Positions 50,822 to 53,546 of a stretch of 53,546 nt of DNA are shown piece by piece. Every line of letters starts with the position of its first letter. The first letter of the stretch is position 1. This DNA comes from Candidatus Kuenenbacteria bacterium RIFCSPHIGHO2_02_FULL_39_13 (lineage in GTDB: Bacteria; Patescibacteriota; Patescibacteriia; UBA2196; GWA2-42-15). Both the position numbers and the translations under genes were made by a program. The notes below the pieces were generated by a model. That model was not told the DNA's origin and did no database searches. It saw only the letters and a program-made list of their open reading frames with translations. The DNA is taken from contig MFMW01000029.1 in the NCBI GenBank assembly GCA_001783595.1, forward strand, positions 1 to 53,546, read 5' to 3'.

Positions 50822-53546
50822 TTACTCCGCTTCCTCTATTTCCGCCAAATCCTCATTGTTAATACCTAAGGCCAATGAGGTGAATAAATTTATCACATTG
50901 CCCCAAGTAACTTCCCAGCGCTTAGCGCCTTGGTCAACATACCAGATTCTGCCCCGGTCTTCAGTTTGGAGCAGGAGTTTGCCAATCAGCCTATTTGATA
51001 ACTTGGTATTGACTTTGATTTTGTCATTGCCGCGATTAGCCGGGCTGGAAGCTATTTCCGGGTTGTAACCGTACATCACTTCACTTTTATCATTAAAGCC
51101 ATCCTTGTCAGTATCTTTGTCCTCGCTGACCGAGCTTGGATTAATTAATATCTGATTTAAATCAGCATTGCTGATACCGAGGGCTAAATTTTGGAAAAGA
51201 CTCATCACATTGCCAAAAGTAACTTCGTATCTTTTCTGGTCATCTGGATTAACATAATGAATTCTGCCTTTGTCTTCTACGGCTAAAAGCAAACGGCCAG
51301 CCAGACGAGCGGCTATTTTACCTGATGGAGCGGGTGTGGGTGACGGGGTGGGAGCAGGAGTAGGGGTTGGCGCGGGGACAGGCGTTGCGTTACCTAAAGT
51401 TATTTTCTTGAACAATGTATTATTGTCTTCATTGGATTCAGCAATGTTATTGTCGCTATCCACGGTAAACATAAAATTAACCTCGCCGCTAGCAATGTCT
51501 TTGGGCCAAAGCAGCTTACTGGTGTACTCATATGTCTCCCCGGCTTTTAGATCCAAGACATTGCTTCTTAGTCTGCCAAAACCTATGTCTTTTTCCACGG
51601 TATAGAAAAATTCTTGATGAATGTCGGCCGGGCCGTTATTTTTAAAACTGATTTTAACTTCAACAATATCGTTTTGTTTAAAAACTTTATTGCCCTGGCG
51701 AGTTAAATTATTAACTTCCAGCTGAATTGGAACAAGATCCGCTTTTAACTGACTTGATTCAGACAGGGTGGTGAAGTGTAAACCCAGCACGGAAGAACTA
51801 AGCGAAGTGGTGCCATAAACATTGCCCGGCTGGTCATAGTAAGTCAGAGCGTATTTATAAAGAGTTTCCGGCTTCAAATCCGCCAAAGTCACATTATGTT
51901 CAGTCACATAATTTGCGTCTTTTTTGCCTTTAATATCATAGATGCTACCGCCGGATTCAACATATTCAACCTGACTATTAGCTGGCTGTGAAGTTGTCCA
52001 TTTTATGGTCGCTGAATTTTTAGTAATGGAAGTTGCCACGATGTTATACAAAAAACCCGTGTCATCACTCCCGCCAATGGTAATTGTTTTGGTCAAAGTG
52101 TTATTATTCTCATTTAACTCATCCACTTTGTTATTGTAAGTGCTTGAAAAACTATCTTTATCTGCCTCCACTTTAACATTATAATTGCCCGCGCTTAAAT
52201 TATCAAAGTCAGAAAGTAAGACAAAAGGGTTTATACACCGTTCTACCTCAATAACACCGCTACTGCCGTTTCGAGATGACTGCCCGTTAACGGAAAACTC
52301 GGTGGATATTTGAATATTTGCCTGTTTGGGAGCAGTACCCCGATTACAGACTTCAGCCACAAGAACATTTTCCCAAGCGCTCCATTTTTTGAAAAGTTCA
52401 ATACTTTCTACAGTTAAATCTGGCTTGGAGAGCTGTGGTGCTTGCAAACACTTTTCATATTCGTGAATGTGGTCGTCAAAATACGACCAGACGCGGCGTT
52501 GGCTGCCGTCCAGATTAGTTTTCCAATCAATATCATTCTGACCCGGTATATACCAAGTGGACCAACTGCCGTTGAACCAGCGAATACGGTATTTCATAAT
52601 TTCCGGGTGGGAGGAAATATCCAAACCTAACGCCTGATACACATAACCGCCCAAGGGCTGTTCCTGGATAATCGTGGTTTTGCCGGTGGCACAAACTGGG
52701 GTGGCTGAAATAATACTGAAATGATTGTCGCTTTCACCATAAACTAATTTATAATTATCACTCTTTTGAATTAAAATCTTATACTTCCCTATATCAACAA
52801 TATCAGCCAATCCCCAACCCGGAATTAAAGATTTGGTATCCCAAACATATCTAGCGACGCCATCTTGGCTAAAAGAAGAAATTTTTTGAGCAATAAATGA
52901 TTTAGCGCAAGGAAACAAAGAACATTCTTCCAGTAAAATATCTACTAAATAATCTCCATAAAAAGATTCATTAATGCTCCATTTTATTGTATTCTTTTCT
53001 CCTTTTATCCACTTCTCCCCGCCGTTGGGAGAAAGCACGGTGATGGAAGGGGTGGTGGTTGCTAAACACGCCCCGTCTTGGCAACCGGCTGGACAATTAT
53101 TAATACCATTATTCACGTAACTATAATTATAAACAGAATCTGGTCCAGAACAATAAAATTCAACTACATGAGTACTGTCCGAACAATAATCTTCTTTGGA
53201 AATAATATTTTTGGTGCCAATTTCGTATCCTTTAGTAACACCTTTTTGACTAAGTTTAATTCCCCCATCAGAGTCAGTGCAGGTGGTGGTGGCTAAAACA
53301 ACCGTCATTGGATTACTCCAACCAATGGGCACCTCAGTGAAATTAAATTCTTTTTGGGTAGAAAAACTGAGATTAGACATACCCAGAGAAATTTGATGAC
53401 CGATTACCGCTAATTTGCTAATATCTGCTTTGATTTCCCAGACTTGAGAAGTGCCATTGGGTATAACAGTAGCCAGTGCAATAGAGGTTCTTCCACTGGA
53501 ATTAAATTTCCCTGTTCCAATCAAAACTCCTGCTTTGTAAACATGA
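50822..53546 (-). CDS. large mosaic secreted/surface protein, 5' end outside the window
   Basis: The frame is open to the window edge (..HVYKAGVLIGTGKF). Contains a Cys-rich CTDSDGG module, CARDB-like and FN3-like segments, a Pro/Thr linker, a DxDxDG Ca-binding-like motif, and two C-terminal ~57-aa repeats. Confidence 0.75.
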   Translation of the reverse strand, partial: HVYKAGVLIGTGKFNSSGRTSIALATVIPNGTSQVWEIKADISKLAVIGHQISLGMSNLSFSTQKEFNFTEVPIGWSNPMTVVLATTTCTDSDGGIKLSQKGVTKGYEIGTKNIISKEDYCSDSTHVVEFYCSGPDSVYNYSYVNNGINNCPAGCQDGACLATTTPSITVLSPNGGEKWIKGEKNTIKWSINESFYGDYLVDILLEECSLFPCAKSFIAQKISSFSQDGVARYVWDTKSLIPGWGLADIVDIGKYKILIQKSDNYKLVYGESDNHFSIISATPVCATGKTTIIQEQPLGGYVYQALGLDISSHPEIMKYRIRWFNGSWSTWYIPGQNDIDWKTNLDGSQRRVWSYFDDHIHEYEKCLQAPQLSKPDLTVESIELFKKWSAWENVLVAEVCNRGTAPKQANIQISTEFSVNGQSSRNGSSGVIEVERCINPFVLLSDFDNLSAGNYNVKVEADKDSFSSTYNNKVDELNENNNTLTKTITIGGSDDTGFLYNIVATSITKNSATIKWTTSQPANSQVEYVESGGSIYDIKGKKDANYVTEHNVTLADLKPETLYKYALTYYDQPGNVYGTTSLSSSVLGLHFTTLSESSQLKADLVPIQLEVNNLTRQGNKVFKQNDIVEVKISFKNNGPADIHQEFFYTVEKDIGFGRLRSNVLDLKAGETYEYTSKLLWPKDIASGEVNFMFTVDSDNNIAESNEDNNTLFKKITLGNATPVPAPTPTPAPTPSPTPAPSGKIAARLAGRLLLAVEDKGRIHYVNPDDQKRYEVTFGNVMSLFQNLALGISNADLNQILINPSSVSEDKDTDKDGFNDKSEVMYGYNPEIASSPANRGNDKIKVNTKLSNRLIGKLLLQTEDRGRIWYVDQGAKRWEVTWGNVINLFTSLALGINNEDLAEIEEAE

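Noticed and set aside
51270-51605. 111-aa plus-strand ORF (…GAGVGDGVGAGVGVGAGTGV…)
   Set aside because: It is antisense to the Pro/Thr linker of the large surface protein, so this is a repeat-driven open frame.

Overview
This is a 53.5-kb chromosomal segment from an AT-rich bacterium. I infer it is Candidate Phyla Radiation / Patescibacteria-like. The supporting features are a secretin-less type IV pilus (T4P) locus, a type-2-like IleRS, an archaeal-type ProRS, almost no Shine-Dalgarno (SD) sequences, and many membrane-anchored hypothetical proteins. The standard genetic code applies: ileS and ftsK end at TGA at normal lengths. I found no rRNA, tRNA, CRISPR, integrase or transposase. Main blocks: (1) ileS. 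(2) A 12-kb T4P locus on the minus strand, ordered pilM-N-O-x-pilB-pilT-pilC-pilin-[PIN/antitoxin]-pilD-four minor pilins. (3) lemA-htpX, then a small SD-bearing cassette (2-TM protein plus XRE regulator), then clpC, comFC, tsaE, an M50 protease, rpmB, an orphan AmmeMemoRadiSam radical SAM gene, a secreted hypothetical, and trxB. (4) rpsF-ssb-rpsR-efp, recA, a RodZ-like gene, ftsK and greA. (5) A rod-shape operon, mreB / mreC-mreD-PBP2, split by a roughly 4.1-kb low-GC island. The island carries a 1088-aa single-chain type IIG restriction-modification enzyme, an 87-aa charged ORF, a frameshifted second copy of the enzyme C-terminal module, and an AbrB-type small gene. (6) proS, rseP, frr, a BNR-propeller lipoprotein, holB, two glycosyltransferases, a second mreB, and a large mosaic surface protein that runs off the window. 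Best candidates for something new: the RM island and its accessory ORFs; a PilT paralogue that has lost its catalytic residues; in-frame heptamer and GC-rich palindrome insertions in tsaE, pilD and a prepilin leader; stop-rich heptamer arrays at convergent gene ends; and a repeated 45-nt hairpin element. All calls come from reading the sequence and ORF translations only. No searches were run.
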